From: an uncultured Spirochaetota bacterium
GTDB lineage: Bacteria; Spirochaetota; Brevinematia; Brevinematales; JAOACQ01
Length of the DNA stretch: 64,000 bases
Direction: 5' to 3'
Assembly: GCA_963835575.1 (NCBI GenBank)
Contig: CAWIGG010000002.1
Location: forward strand, 1,824,001-1,888,000
Shown here one piece after another: positions 49,060 to 59,318 of this stretch. Below the pieces are notes generated by a model, which searched no databases, was not told where the DNA came from, and saw only the letters and a program-made list of their open reading frames with translations. Each line of letters begins with the position of its first letter. Position 1 is the stretch's first letter. Position numbers and translations under genes: made by a program.

Positions 49060-49872
49060 ATGGATTTCAGAAAAAAATACCCTTTAACCATGTCCGAGGT
49101 CATCAATGATTTTGTTGTTTTCCGGGAAAACATCCCCTTCATGTCGAAGCTTCCCTTTCCCTCTCCCGCCGGGATCAGGGACTTTGCCGAATACGCCGGC
49201 TATTCCTACAGCGCGGTCCGGACGGCGCTGTCCCGTGCCAGGGCCGAAGGGAGAATCGGCTCTTTTACCGACAGCCGGGGAAAGATCCGCTACAGGCTGA
49301 CCGAACTGCATAAATCCATCAGCAAGGCCGTCAGCCAGCAGTTCAGCCGGCCCGAGGGATTCATTCTGGCCGTATTTTCGTTTAAAAAAGACAATGAAAA
49401 GGAAAGAAAATCGGTCAGGGACACTCTCAAGCTCCACGGCTTTAAAAAGCTGGCTCAAAACACTTATATCAATGGAAGGATCGACACGGAAGGTATGCTG
49501 AAGTCTATGCGTGAATACGGCGTGGAAAAAAATCTCTATCTCTTCCACTGCCCCGATATCAGCGACCCATCCCTGAAGGAAAAGATTCTTTCCGTATTCA
49601 ATATCGAAGGCAGAAAGATAATCCTTTCTGAATTCTATGAGAGTCTCGTTCAATTCCTGACCGAGAAAGACACATCCGATGATGAAACGGCCAGAAGGCT
49701 TTTTTATGTCGGTCCCGTTCATTACAGAATCTGCTTTGTCGAGGAACCGCCGTTTCCCGAAAAATACCTGCCCAATGATTATCCGTTAAAAAAGATCATT
49801 GATTTTTTCACTGAAACAGCAGAGAAGAACGGGAATAAATTTATTCAATATTACAGCCAAGTCAACAAATAA
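49060..49872 (+). CDS. PaaX-like transcriptional regulator
   Basis: SAVRTALSR wHTH, YRLT, RDTLKLHGFKKL, PFPEKYLP.DYP. Confidence 0.75.
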   Translation: MDFRKKYPLTMSEVINDFVVFRENIPFMSKLPFPSPAGIRDFAEYAGYSYSAVRTALSRARAEGRIGSFTDSRGKIRYRLTELHKSISKAVSQQFSRPEGFILAVFSFKKDNEKERKSVRDTLKLHGFKKLAQNTYINGRIDTEGMLKSMREYGVEKNLYLFHCPDISDPSLKEKILSVFNIEGRKIILSEFYESLVQFLTEKDTSDDETARRLFYVGPVHYRICFVEEPPFPEKYLPNDYPLKKIIDFFTETAEKNGNKFIQYYSQVNK

Positions 49873-49886
49873 AAAGGAGGAATTAT

Positions 49887-51389
49887 ATGGATAAAAAGAT
49901 CGTTATTATCGGTGGCGGCATAGCTGGCCTTTCCGCAGGATGCTACGCCAGGATGAACGGCTATGATACCGAAATTTATGAAATGCATTCTCTGCCCGGC
50001 GGATTCTGTACCGCATGGAAAAGGAACGGCTATGTCTTTGACGGCTGTATACACTGGCTTTTCGGATCAGGTCCGGCTCAGCCTTTTTATAAATACTGGG
50101 AAGAACTCGGCGCTATTCAGAACCGACGGATTTTTAACGCGGATGTATTTTTTCGCTTTATCGGACAGGACGGCCGCATATTGAACTTTTACGCGGATGT
50201 TGACCGGCTGGAAAAACATCTGAAGGAGTTTTCGCCTCAGGATTCCGAAAGCTCTGAAGAACTCTGCCGGCTTATCCGGACTATAAGCAAAATGAAAATA
50301 GACATGGATAAACCCGCCGAATTATATAATATTAAAGATTTTTTAAAAATGATGCATGACATCAAGCCGATGATGAAGGAATTTTTATACTGTTCTTCCA
50401 TAAGCGTGTCTGATTTCGCTCAGAAGTTTAAGGACCCTATGATCCGCGAATGCCTGCCAAAATTGATCTCGCCGGACACAATTCTCAGCGGTCTCGTTAT
50501 GAACCTGGCCGCCCAGAACACAAAAAGCGCCGGATTTCCCGAAGGCGGTTCACTGGAATTCGCTAAAGCAATAGAAAAACGTTTTTCCGCGCTCGGAGGA
50601 AGAATTTTTTATAATAAACGCGTTGAAAAAATCCTTGTTAAAAATAATAAAGCCTGCGGCATCCGCCTTGATGATGGAACGGAAATTCCCGCAGACATTG
50701 TCGTTTCAGCAGGCGATGTCAAAACGGTTCTGGAGAAAATGCTGGACAGGAGATACAAGACCCAAAAGCTCGATTATTTATTCAGCGAGGTTCCAACCTA
50801 TTCCACCGGCTTGCAGGTATCTTTAGGCTTGAAAAATGATTTTTCTGCCGAGTCGGATACCGTAGGCACAAGATTCAAATTAGATAAACCAATGGAAATA
50901 GCCGGTGAAAAAAAGGAATGGCTGCATTTTAAAAATTACAATTTTGACAAAACCATGGCCCCGGCCGGCAAGACATTTGTAATGTCTTTGATTACATCCG
51001 ATTTTAATTACTGGAAAAAACTGCGGCAGGACACAGCGGCTTATAATAAGGAAAAAGAAAGTATCGCGGAACTGGTCATTAATGAGCTTGATAAAAAATA
51101 CCCCGGTTTCCGAAGCAGTGTCGAAACGATCGATGTCGCCACTCCAGTGACTTATGAGCGTTATACTGGAAGCTGGAAGGGGGCCTATATGACATGGAAA
51201 ATGATGCCTCAAAACAGCCGCCTGCTTCAAAGCATTCCCAAACAGATCAAAGGATTGAAGAACTTTTATCTCGCCGGTATGTGGGTTATGTCGCCTGGCG
51301 GCCTTCCATCGGCTGTTAAAACCGGCCGTGATGTAGTCCAGATCATCTGCAGAAAAGACAGGAATATTTTTAAGACAACAAAGCCTTGA
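49887..51389 (+). CDS. Phytoene-desaturase-like FAD oxidoreductase
   Basis: IIGGGIAGLSAG, FDGCIHWL, DVATPVTYERYT, AGMWV.PGG. Confidence 0.9.
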   Translation: MDKKIVIIGGGIAGLSAGCYARMNGYDTEIYEMHSLPGGFCTAWKRNGYVFDGCIHWLFGSGPAQPFYKYWEELGAIQNRRIFNADVFFRFIGQDGRILNFYADVDRLEKHLKEFSPQDSESSEELCRLIRTISKMKIDMDKPAELYNIKDFLKMMHDIKPMMKEFLYCSSISVSDFAQKFKDPMIRECLPKLISPDTILSGLVMNLAAQNTKSAGFPEGGSLEFAKAIEKRFSALGGRIFYNKRVEKILVKNNKACGIRLDDGTEIPADIVVSAGDVKTVLEKMLDRRYKTQKLDYLFSEVPTYSTGLQVSLGLKNDFSAESDTVGTRFKLDKPMEIAGEKKEWLHFKNYNFDKTMAPAGKTFVMSLITSDFNYWKKLRQDTAAYNKEKESIAELVINELDKKYPGFRSSVETIDVATPVTYERYTGSWKGAYMTWKMMPQNSRLLQSIPKQIKGLKNFYLAGMWVMSPGGLPSAVKTGRDVVQIICRKDRNIFKTTKP

Positions 51390-51727
51390 AATTACATTTA
51401 AACCGGTATATATTTTTAGACTATAAAATCGCGCTATCTGCGGAAACGTTCGTCACCCGGATCAAAAATAAAAAAATGCCGGTCCCGAAGATGTTCGACC
51501 TGATGCGGTTCCCTTTTACCCGCTCAATGATGGAATCCTATTTCAAGAAGGTTATGCCCAGGGACTGCGAGTATTATACAAAAAACGGCTGGCTGAAATC
51601 GGACTATTATTATGATGTAAAACTGAATCCATTGAAAAAAGCTCTCGGATTCTGGTTTGACTCGATGGGTAAAAAGTTCTCAAGAAAAATGGAAAATGAT
51701 ATTAAGAAGGAAGGGATTAGAAATTAA
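51386..51727 (+). pseudogene. Probable C-terminal remnant of a flavodoxin/FMN-reductase-family gene
   Basis: RDCEYYTKNGWLKSDYYYDVKLNPLKK resembles a flavodoxin-family tail; no N-terminal domain; TTG start without a clear SD. Confidence 0.45.
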
Positions 51728-51931
51728 AATTTCATAAAAAGCCAAATAAACCTTATGATAGTTTGTCAGAAAAACAAAGTTAGCGTAAAATAATTCCCAT
51801 ATTTTATTTTCTTTCCATATTTTATGGATTTACAATTTTTATTGACATAAAATATATGTTCAGGCAGAGTATTCCATGTTTCAATTAAAAAAATTTCTTT
51901 CTTTATCTGCCTGTCCAATCCAGGAGGCAAT

Positions 51932-52513
51932 ATGAATAAAAATATGAGAATTTCTATTATTACACTCTTGTTTGCTGCCGCTTTAACTTTTTCCGGCTAT
52001 AGCCAGATGGTTGTCTCAGGCGGTGGAAACAGCTATTTTGGATCTACGGGTTTAATATTCGGCGGCGGCCTGGGACTTGAATACTGGCTCAGTTTAACTG
52101 AGAAGCGTGCTTCAGAAGGTTTAATGATGGGTTTTGGCCTGGAGTACATTTCATTGACCACCGAAATTACTAAAACTCGCGGCAGCGGCTGGATCTTTCC
52201 GTTAACATTAAAATACGGCTTTAACGTTAATAAAAAATTCAATCTGGGCCTGGGAGGGGGAGCGGCCATGGTGATGAATGATGCGGATGTGGAAGATTAT
52301 GACGGCAACTATTATGTCAGCTCGGAATTAGGCTTCGCCCCTTTTACAGAGGCAGGTCTTACCTATTTCATATCTTCTCAATTTAATTTACAGATCGCTT
52401 TTCGGGGCGGAGAACTCATTAATGAAGGCGGCAGTTACCCCTTTTTCGGCATAAAGCTGTATGCGGGGTATTATATAAATTTACCGGAAAAATCTGATGA
52501 ATCAGACTATTAA
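51932..52513 (+). CDS. Exported outer-membrane beta-barrel-like protein
   Basis: Signal peptide; alternating Gly/aromatic beta strands. Confidence 0.65.
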   Translation: MNKNMRISIITLLFAAALTFSGYSQMVVSGGGNSYFGSTGLIFGGGLGLEYWLSLTEKRASEGLMMGFGLEYISLTTEITKTRGSGWIFPLTLKYGFNVNKKFNLGLGGGAAMVMNDADVEDYDGNYYVSSELGFAPFTEAGLTYFISSQFNLQIAFRGGELINEGGSYPFFGIKLYAGYYINLPEKSDESDY

Positions 52514-53745
52514 TTAGACTGGTTTATTTTGATACCTTTTTTTGCCACCTGCGGCAGGAGCTTTTCTATTTCCTTAAAGATCTGAGAGGAAACAGGCGGA
52601 CAGCCCTTAATAAAGATGCCGCTCTCTTTCTGTATCAATGTACAGTTCCCGATCAGGAGCGTATCCCCCGATTGAGGTCCGATCGTTTTCCCGATGGCGA
52701 TCCTCAACGGCTTTTCAAAGGAAAGATAATCGGCAAAATCATTGTAATAGCGCTTGAGAAACATCAGGACCGTCGAGAGGCACGCGCTGCATGAATCCTT
52801 ATCCTCAACAAGGACATTTTTATATTCAAGGGATACTTTCTGCGGCGGAGCCTGTAATGAAACGCCCCATTGCATATAATCCGCCGGATCGGCGGTTATC
52901 GGATCCTTTTCAAAATCATACCGGCTGTCTCTTTCCTTAAGCTGATTGACTGCTTCCCGCAGATGATAAACATTCAGAGGATCAAAGCCCATTAATTTTA
53001 CAGCTATTGTGTCAGCCGCAAGGCAGTTTTCCGAAGCGATGACAAGACCTGCCTCTTTCTGCTCGCCGGCGCTCGGCCCGAGACCTTCCTGCGCTATTGT
53101 ACCGTCAATAAGAGTCAAATCAGGAAGAAGGACCTTCGCCAGATCGGCAATGGCCATATCCAGCGGCTTAACCGGCGGAACTACTGATTCCGAAGGCGGA
53201 AGCTGATGGAGCAGGACCTTTTCCCTCCTGTACAGACAGCCCTTCATATTCTTCAATCCCAGCGACACCTGAGTATGCATATGGGTTTTCATTACAGGTA
53301 CTGAAACAATATAATTATTACCCAATATCTCGCGGCAGATTTTGAGCTTATGTATTACTTTTCCATCCGGGATATTTACTATTACTGGAGAAAGCGCGTC
53401 CAGGTCTATTATGGGGATATTCCGTTTTTTTGCCTCTCCGGCTATACCGCTCATCTCAAGGGACTCAAACGCCTTGACGCCCAAAATCGGGCTTTCAGCG
53501 ACAGCGATATTTTTAAAACCCAATTCAAGAAAATGATCCAAAACACCGGCGATTACATCTGGGTTTGTATTGATCCCCAGCCGGGGCTTTACCATTCTTC
53601 CGGCATTCGGCTTGATGATGATCCGCTTATCTTTTATTTTTTCCTCATCAAGCTTAAGGCATTCTAAAACTTCCCGGGGCAATTTATAATAATTATTCCC
53701 TTTACCCACATAAACCGTATTAAAACCCATACTGCGTTTCCCCAA
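52510..53745 (-). CDS. DUF362-domain Fe-S protein
   Basis: IIIKPN, VPVMKTH, SLGLKNMKG, EGLGP, SCSAC, IGNC, GCPP. Confidence 0.88.
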   Translation of the reverse strand: MGKRSMGFNTVYVGKGNNYYKLPREVLECLKLDEEKIKDKRIIIKPNAGRMVKPRLGINTNPDVIAGVLDHFLELGFKNIAVAESPILGVKAFESLEMSGIAGEAKKRNIPIIDLDALSPVIVNIPDGKVIHKLKICREILGNNYIVSVPVMKTHMHTQVSLGLKNMKGCLYRREKVLLHQLPPSESVVPPVKPLDMAIADLAKVLLPDLTLIDGTIAQEGLGPSAGEQKEAGLVIASENCLAADTIAVKLMGFDPLNVYHLREAVNQLKERDSRYDFEKDPITADPADYMQWGVSLQAPPQKVSLEYKNVLVEDKDSCSACLSTVLMFLKRYYNDFADYLSFEKPLRIAIGKTIGPQSGDTLLIGNCTLIQKESGIFIKGCPPVSSQIFKEIEKLLPQVAKKGIKINQSN

Positions 53746-53859
53746 TCAATCATATTTAATTTATAAGAATAAATATTCTAAAACCTCCGGTCTTTATTTG
53801 CAAAAGATTCATAAAATTTATTTGAGACCTTTGAATAATTATAGAATTTGGCTTTAAAA

Positions 53860-53976
53860 CGCAAAAAGCCGCTCAATATGTCAATTTCGAGCCTTCAGGC
53901 AAAGCAATCTGATTAACTTTGTAGATTGCTTCGGCACAATTGAGCCTCGAAATGACAGTTAACAGGCTTTTTGCGG
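53860..53976. repeat. Large palindromic element resembling Rickettsia palindromic elements (RPE)
   Basis: gcaaaaagcc..tgtcaatttcgag..aagcaatct / agattgcttc..ctcgaaatgaca..ggctttttgc. Confidence 0.75.
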
Positions 53977-54201
53977 CATGTTTTATGAATTATGAAAAGT
54001 TCAGATTTTTTCTCTTAATCAATTAAAACAATTTATTTTTAATATTTGCTGAAAAAGTAAAAATTTCAGCCCGCCTAATAATAGTTTTTGACTTTTTTAT
54101 CTTATGAAGATAGAATTTTTATCACTGATATCATTTATTTTATTGATTGTTTTTTTTAAACATATTGAAGATTAAAATATTATCAAATGGAGGAAAGATA
54201 T

Positions 54202-54843
54202 ATGAAGAAGCTACTCGGTCCGGCAGTATTAATACTGACAGCTTTGTTTATTGCTTCCTGCGGTACTCCGGTTAAAAAGGAAGCCAGCACAACGGCAAGT
54301 TCAGCGGCGACGGAAACAGCGGCAAAAAAGACCGCTGCAATGAACCCGGCTAACGGCATCGTGATCGCCAATTTTGAATATGATTCTCCGCAGGTGACCA
54401 CCTATCAGGGCCCGCAGTCCAAGGTGTCAGCGGTTTATATTAAGGATATTGTTAATAAAGGCAAACAATCCCTGCATGTCATGAACGATACAAAGGATTG
54501 GGGCGGAGCGCTTCTCGGCCTTTCCGATGAATTAGCCGATTGGTCTGCCTACAATACCTATAAGATGTGGGTATACGGTAAAAACTCGGGATGCGGGTTT
54601 ACCATTACTCTTGAAGAAACAAAAGATCTGGAACTCTGGGTCTATCCTGTTGTTGATAACTGGAAAGGCTGGAAACAGATCATTATTCCTTTAAAGTCCT
54701 TTACTGAAAGGGCAGACTGGCAGCCGGATAAAGCCGTGAAAAACGGAAAAATTGATTATCCGCTTAAGTCATTCCAGTTCTGCACAACGGCCAACGGCAC
54801 ATTTGATCTTTATTTCGGGCAGATAGAGGTGACAAAAGAATAA
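54202..54843 (+). CDS. Lipoprotein with a CBM11-like carbohydrate-binding domain
   Basis: Lipobox IASC; DWSAY, DNWKGWKQIIIPLKSF, DWQP..NGKID. Confidence 0.78.
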   Translation: MKKLLGPAVLILTALFIASCGTPVKKEASTTASSAATETAAKKTAAMNPANGIVIANFEYDSPQVTTYQGPQSKVSAVYIKDIVNKGKQSLHVMNDTKDWGGALLGLSDELADWSAYNTYKMWVYGKNSGCGFTITLEETKDLELWVYPVVDNWKGWKQIIIPLKSFTERADWQPDKAVKNGKIDYPLKSFQFCTTANGTFDLYFGQIEVTKE

Positions 54844-54976
54844 ACAATAGATAAAAATAAAGCGGCGATCATTTCACCGCTTTATTTAACGACCTCTTTT
54901 TTTAGAGAAAAGCCTTCCGCCGATTATCCCGAATATATTTTTAGTGAATGTTATTGACTGAGAAGAATCATGGCCT

Positions 54977-55741
54977 TTGAAGGACACAGATATGAGAATT
55001 AATTTTCATCAGGTATTAATCGGAATTCTACTCCTGATGTCTTCAGCAGTGATCTATTATTTAAGTATCTTTTTATTCAAACAGCCGGGAACCACTCTTT
55101 TTTATATAGTCCAGGACATCGCTTTTATTCCGCTCCAGATACTTATTGTCACGCTCATTTTAGACCGGCTGCTGTCAAACCGGGAAAAAAACGCCATCCT
55201 GCAGAAACTCAATATGGTCATCGGGGTATTCTTCGGCGAAATGGGCAATTATCTGATCCGGTCTTTCCTGGATATGGATGAAAAGGCGCCGGAATTACGG
55301 GATAAAATACTGCTGATTCAGAACTGGGACAGCGGGGATTTAAAGCAGTTTCAATCCTTCCTTAAATCAGTTAATACTTCTGCACAAACCAGCGGGAAAA
55401 GGCTGGAAGCGTTGAAAAAATTCCTTCTGGAAAAAAGGGGGTTCCTGCTTGAACTTATGGGCAATCCCAACCTGCTCGAACATGAAAGATTCTCCCAGCT
55501 CCTCTGGGCGGTCTTCCATCTCACTGAAGAACTTCAGTACAGGAGCAATGTGTTGAATTTAACCGCTCCCGACCGGAAGCATGTGGAAAATGACATTCTG
55601 AGGGCAGATCAGCTCCTGATTCTGGAATGGGTTTATTATATGCGGCATCTTAAATCGCATTATCCCTATCTCTTTTCGCTGGCAGTCCGGCTGAACCCGT
55701 TCCTGGAACATCCATCCGCGGCAATAAAACAAAATTCCTGA
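54977..55741 (+). CDS. Conserved hypothetical membrane protein
   Basis: 2 TM segments; KLNMVIGVFF, NPNLLEHE, HLTEEL, YPYLFSLA. Confidence 0.75.
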   Translation: MKDTDMRINFHQVLIGILLLMSSAVIYYLSIFLFKQPGTTLFYIVQDIAFIPLQILIVTLILDRLLSNREKNAILQKLNMVIGVFFGEMGNYLIRSFLDMDEKAPELRDKILLIQNWDSGDLKQFQSFLKSVNTSAQTSGKRLEALKKFLLEKRGFLLELMGNPNLLEHERFSQLLWAVFHLTEELQYRSNVLNLTAPDRKHVENDILRADQLLILEWVYYMRHLKSHYPYLFSLAVRLNPFLEHPSAAIKQNS

Positions 55742-55880
55742 CATGGATTATGAGTTATAAATATATGATTTACAGAGCAGTTAATATTATCCTGACATTG
55801 ACGGATTTAGTTTCCTGAACTTGATAATTATATTATAATAGTTATAATTCAATCATAAAATCAAAATTAAGGATTTAATT

Positions 55881-56570
55881 ATGCCTATGATAGCAGAGTT
55901 TCAAAACGTGACAAAATCTTATGCGGCGGGAGAGTCAAAAACAGCCGTCCTGCATAATCTCAATTTTTCCATCGGCACGGAAGAGATGACGGCCTTTGTC
56001 GGGCCATCCGGCTCCGGAAAAACCACAATACTGAACCTTCTCGGCTGTATAGACCAGCTGGATTCGGGGCGCATCAGCCTGGACAATCAGGATGTGACAG
56101 CGCTTTCGTCCGGCCGTCTTGCCGAGCTCAGGAACGAAAAGATCGGTTTCATCTTTCAGAGCTTCAACCTGATCCCGGTGCTGACGGCTTTTGAAAACGC
56201 GGAATTTCCACTCCTTCTCGGCGGTATGAAAGATGCCGGTGAACGTAAAGAAAAGGTGATGGAAATTCTAAAGCTTGTCGGGATAGAAAAGCTCTCGCAC
56301 AGAAGGCCCAGCCAGCTTTCCGGCGGCCAGCAGCAGCGCGTCGCCATAGCCAGGGCGCTCGTAAAAAAGCCCCTGCTGGTACTCGCCGACGAGCCGACCG
56401 CGAACCTTGACTCCAAATCCGCCGCGGAAACGCTGGAGATCATGCGCAGGATGAACAACGAGCTCAAGACGACCTTTGTCTTTTCGACCCACGACCAGAA
56501 GCTCATGCAGTTCGCGCGGCGGCTGATGGTCCTTGAAGACGGGAATATTATTAAGGATGAGACAAAATGA
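55881..56570 (+). CDS. ABC transporter ATPase (LolD/MacB-like)
   Basis: GPSGSGKT, LSGGQQQRVAIARAL, ADEPTANLD. Confidence 0.95.
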   Translation: MPMIAEFQNVTKSYAAGESKTAVLHNLNFSIGTEEMTAFVGPSGSGKTTILNLLGCIDQLDSGRISLDNQDVTALSSGRLAELRNEKIGFIFQSFNLIPVLTAFENAEFPLLLGGMKDAGERKEKVMEILKLVGIEKLSHRRPSQLSGGQQQRVAIARALVKKPLLVLADEPTANLDSKSAAETLEIMRRMNNELKTTFVFSTHDQKLMQFARRLMVLEDGNIIKDETK

Positions 56571-57844
56571 TAGAGCCGAAGGAATTGTTCAAGCTGGCCG
56601 CCAGGAATGTCCGGCGCAACCATGTCAGGACCTTGCTGACCGTGGCGGCGATCGCCATTGGAATACTGGCCTATCTGATGTCAAGCGCCGTGATCGGCGG
56701 TATTGACGAGACATCCATCAGGAATATGATCAACGCTGAAACCGCCCATATCAAAATTTATGATAACGCCTACTATCCGGATAGAAAAGAGATGTATCTT
56801 GAAAACCTCATTTCAAATTATGAGGCGCTTTCAGGAGAGATAACTTCATTGAATAAAAATATTTCCGTTACGGCGCGGCTTAAATTTCTCGGTTCCGTGG
56901 CGATGCCGGATGAAGACGCTCCATGCACCGTAATCGGCGCCGACCCGCAGAAAGACGGCCTTGTCTTTAATGTCCTCAGAAGCATTGTGCCTTATACAAA
57001 AAGTCCTGAAAATGAAAAAAGAGAAGCCCTCAATAAGTTTCAAAGCGATCCCCACTCATGCCTTGTCGGCATCAAGTTCGCCGATTACATCGGCGTGAAG
57101 CCCGGAGACGAGATACTGGTTTCAGGACGAACAATGCACGGCACATACAACGCCGACAGTTATACAATAGCAGGCCTTGTATCCAGCGATAATCCCGGGA
57201 TCGACGCCTTTGCCGTTATTCTGCCCCTTCAATCGGCCCTCGTTTTCGCTGATACAGGCGGCAGAGTCAGCGAAATCGATATAAAAGCGGATTCCAGAAA
57301 CCCGGCGAAACTAAACATCATTAAGGATGAATTAACAAGGATTCTCCCGGCGGGCCTTTCCGCCTATACATGGGAAGAGGAGCTTTCCGACATTCTGACC
57401 GTATTTAAAATCAGGCGCCTGGCGCAGAAAATTATCATCGCTCTTCTCCTGATCGTCGCTATCGCTGGAATAGCCAATACCATGCTGATGGCAGTTTTTG
57501 AACGGACCAAAGAGATCGGCACGCTGGCGGCGATGGGCATGAAAAAACGCGAGATAGTCCTCCTCTTTCTTTTTGAGGGAATGCTCATCGGCATCATCGG
57601 CGGCATCGCCGCCATGGTTATTTCAGCCGTGCCGATGACGCTCCTGATCAATGTCGGTATTCAGGTCAAGGGGACTGAAATGCTCGCTAATATCCCCGTA
57701 TCGAGCAGGATATACGGCTACATCGAGTGGTACCAGCATATCCTCGCTTTCATTATCGCGGCGCTGACGGCTGTTTTTGCCTCGGCCTACCCGGCTTTAA
57801 AAGCCGCGAGGCTCAACATCGCCATGATACTCAGGAGTAAATAA
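56567..57844 (+). CDS. ABC permease (FtsX/LolC-E type)
   Basis: RNVRRNHVRTLLT, ERTKEIGTLAAMG, YPALKAARL. Confidence 0.92.
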   Translation: MIEPKELFKLAARNVRRNHVRTLLTVAAIAIGILAYLMSSAVIGGIDETSIRNMINAETAHIKIYDNAYYPDRKEMYLENLISNYEALSGEITSLNKNISVTARLKFLGSVAMPDEDAPCTVIGADPQKDGLVFNVLRSIVPYTKSPENEKREALNKFQSDPHSCLVGIKFADYIGVKPGDEILVSGRTMHGTYNADSYTIAGLVSSDNPGIDAFAVILPLQSALVFADTGGRVSEIDIKADSRNPAKLNIIKDELTRILPAGLSAYTWEEELSDILTVFKIRRLAQKIIIALLLIVAIAGIANTMLMAVFERTKEIGTLAAMGMKKREIVLLFLFEGMLIGIIGGIAAMVISAVPMTLLINVGIQVKGTEMLANIPVSSRIYGYIEWYQHILAFIIAALTAVFASAYPALKAARLNIAMILRSK

Positions 57845-59079
57845 TGCATTATCTTATTTCATTCTCCTTTAAAAATATCACACGTAATAAACGCAGGACG
57901 GCATTGACCCTTATCGGAATCACACTGGCCGTGGCTGTGCTGATCATGGGCAATTCCGTATTGAATGGCGTGCTGAACCAGGTGCTGGAAGCGGCGATGA
58001 AATCCAGCGGCCACATCAGCATCCAGACAAAAGAATACACAAAGTCCGAAAGGCTTCTGCCTCTCGACAAGGGAATTGACAACCTTCAGGGCCTGATGGA
58101 GACATTAAAGAAATACAGTGAAATAGAATACGCCGTGCCCCGCCTGAACTTCGGCGGTCTTTTTGTCACGAATGACGAAAGCTACGCCGCTTTCGGAAGT
58201 TCCATAGATCCGGTCCTGGAAAGCAGCTTTATCCGGCTGGCGAATAATATCGTCGCCGGTTCCTATTTTACCGGCGGAACAAACGAGGCCGTCATCGGCC
58301 TGGAAATAGCCAAAAAATTATTCTATAAGCCGGGCGATACCGTCCTACTAGTATCCAGGAACAGCTATAACTCAATCGCCGCCAAAAAGCTCAAGATCGT
58401 CGGCATCGCGGACTTTAATATGTTTGATCTGAACCGGACATTTTACATCGATCTGAAAACAGCTTCAGATCTGCTGAAAATCAATGACAGCCCGCAGAAG
58501 GTCATTGTGATCCTCAAAAACCAGGACGATATGAATATGATGAAGTGGAAGCTTTTGAGGGACCCGTTTATTAAGGAATCCGGCCTTCAGGTTTTTAAAG
58601 CCGACGAGGTCGGCCTTTTCCAGACAATGTTTCCCATCATCTTCTGGATATTCAGGTTTGTGATGCTGATATTCCTTCTCGCCGCGACAATGACAATCGC
58701 CAACACAATGATGATGACGGTGCTGGAAAGAACGGCCGAGATCGGCGTGCTGGAAGCCATGGGTATGAAGCGGTATACCGTAATCCTGATGGTTGTGCTG
58801 GAAGCGGCCGTCATCGGGCTGATCGGGAGCCTTATCGGGGCCCTGGCCGGCGGCTCTCTCGCGTTTTACCTCAAGAAGACCGGCATACTCCTGGGCGAGA
58901 ACATAGCCAAAGGAATGCCGATACCGATGAAGAATGTCATTTATCCCGGTGTTAATGTATCTTTGATCCTGACCATTATGGCCGTCGGCATCGGCATCTC
59001 GATGATCGCCGGCGCCGTACCCGCCATCCTCAAGCTGAGAAAGCTCAAACCCGCCGAAGCGATTAGAACGAAAGGATAA
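57844..59079 (+). CDS. ABC permease (FtsX/LolC-E type)
   Basis: RNKRRTALT, ERTAEIGVLEAMG. Confidence 0.92.
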   Translation: MHYLISFSFKNITRNKRRTALTLIGITLAVAVLIMGNSVLNGVLNQVLEAAMKSSGHISIQTKEYTKSERLLPLDKGIDNLQGLMETLKKYSEIEYAVPRLNFGGLFVTNDESYAAFGSSIDPVLESSFIRLANNIVAGSYFTGGTNEAVIGLEIAKKLFYKPGDTVLLVSRNSYNSIAAKKLKIVGIADFNMFDLNRTFYIDLKTASDLLKINDSPQKVIVILKNQDDMNMMKWKLLRDPFIKESGLQVFKADEVGLFQTMFPIIFWIFRFVMLIFLLAATMTIANTMMMTVLERTAEIGVLEAMGMKRYTVILMVVLEAAVIGLIGSLIGALAGGSLAFYLKKTGILLGENIAKGMPIPMKNVIYPGVNVSLILTIMAVGIGISMIAGAVPAILKLRKLKPAEAIRTKG

Positions 59080-59080
59080 A

Positions 59081-59235
59081 GCAATTCCAAAACTTGCGGT
59101 GAGCTATTCGAACCGCAATGTTTTGGAATTGCCGGTTATATAGACTACAATATGACAAAAAGGCCGCAACCGCGTTAGTATGCGCAGCATACGCAGCGGC
59201 TGCATGCCTCTGCACTATGGCATTGGTTCCAAAAA
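59081..59235. repeat. Composite REP-like element (related to 18306-18590)
   Basis: gcaattccaaaacttgcggtgagctattcgaaccgcaatgttttggaattgc; ccgcgttagtatgcgcagcatacgcagcggc. Confidence 0.8.
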
Positions 59236-59257
59236 CCCTGGTTTTTGGTTGTGCCTT

Positions 59258-59297
59258 TAATAAAAAGAGAGGGATTAAATCCCTCTCTTTTTATTAA
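59258..59297. terminator. Bidirectional terminator
   Basis: taataaaaagagagggat-taa-atccctctctttttatta. Confidence 0.85.
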
Positions 59298-59318
59298 ATT
59301 ATTTTTTATATTATTCTT

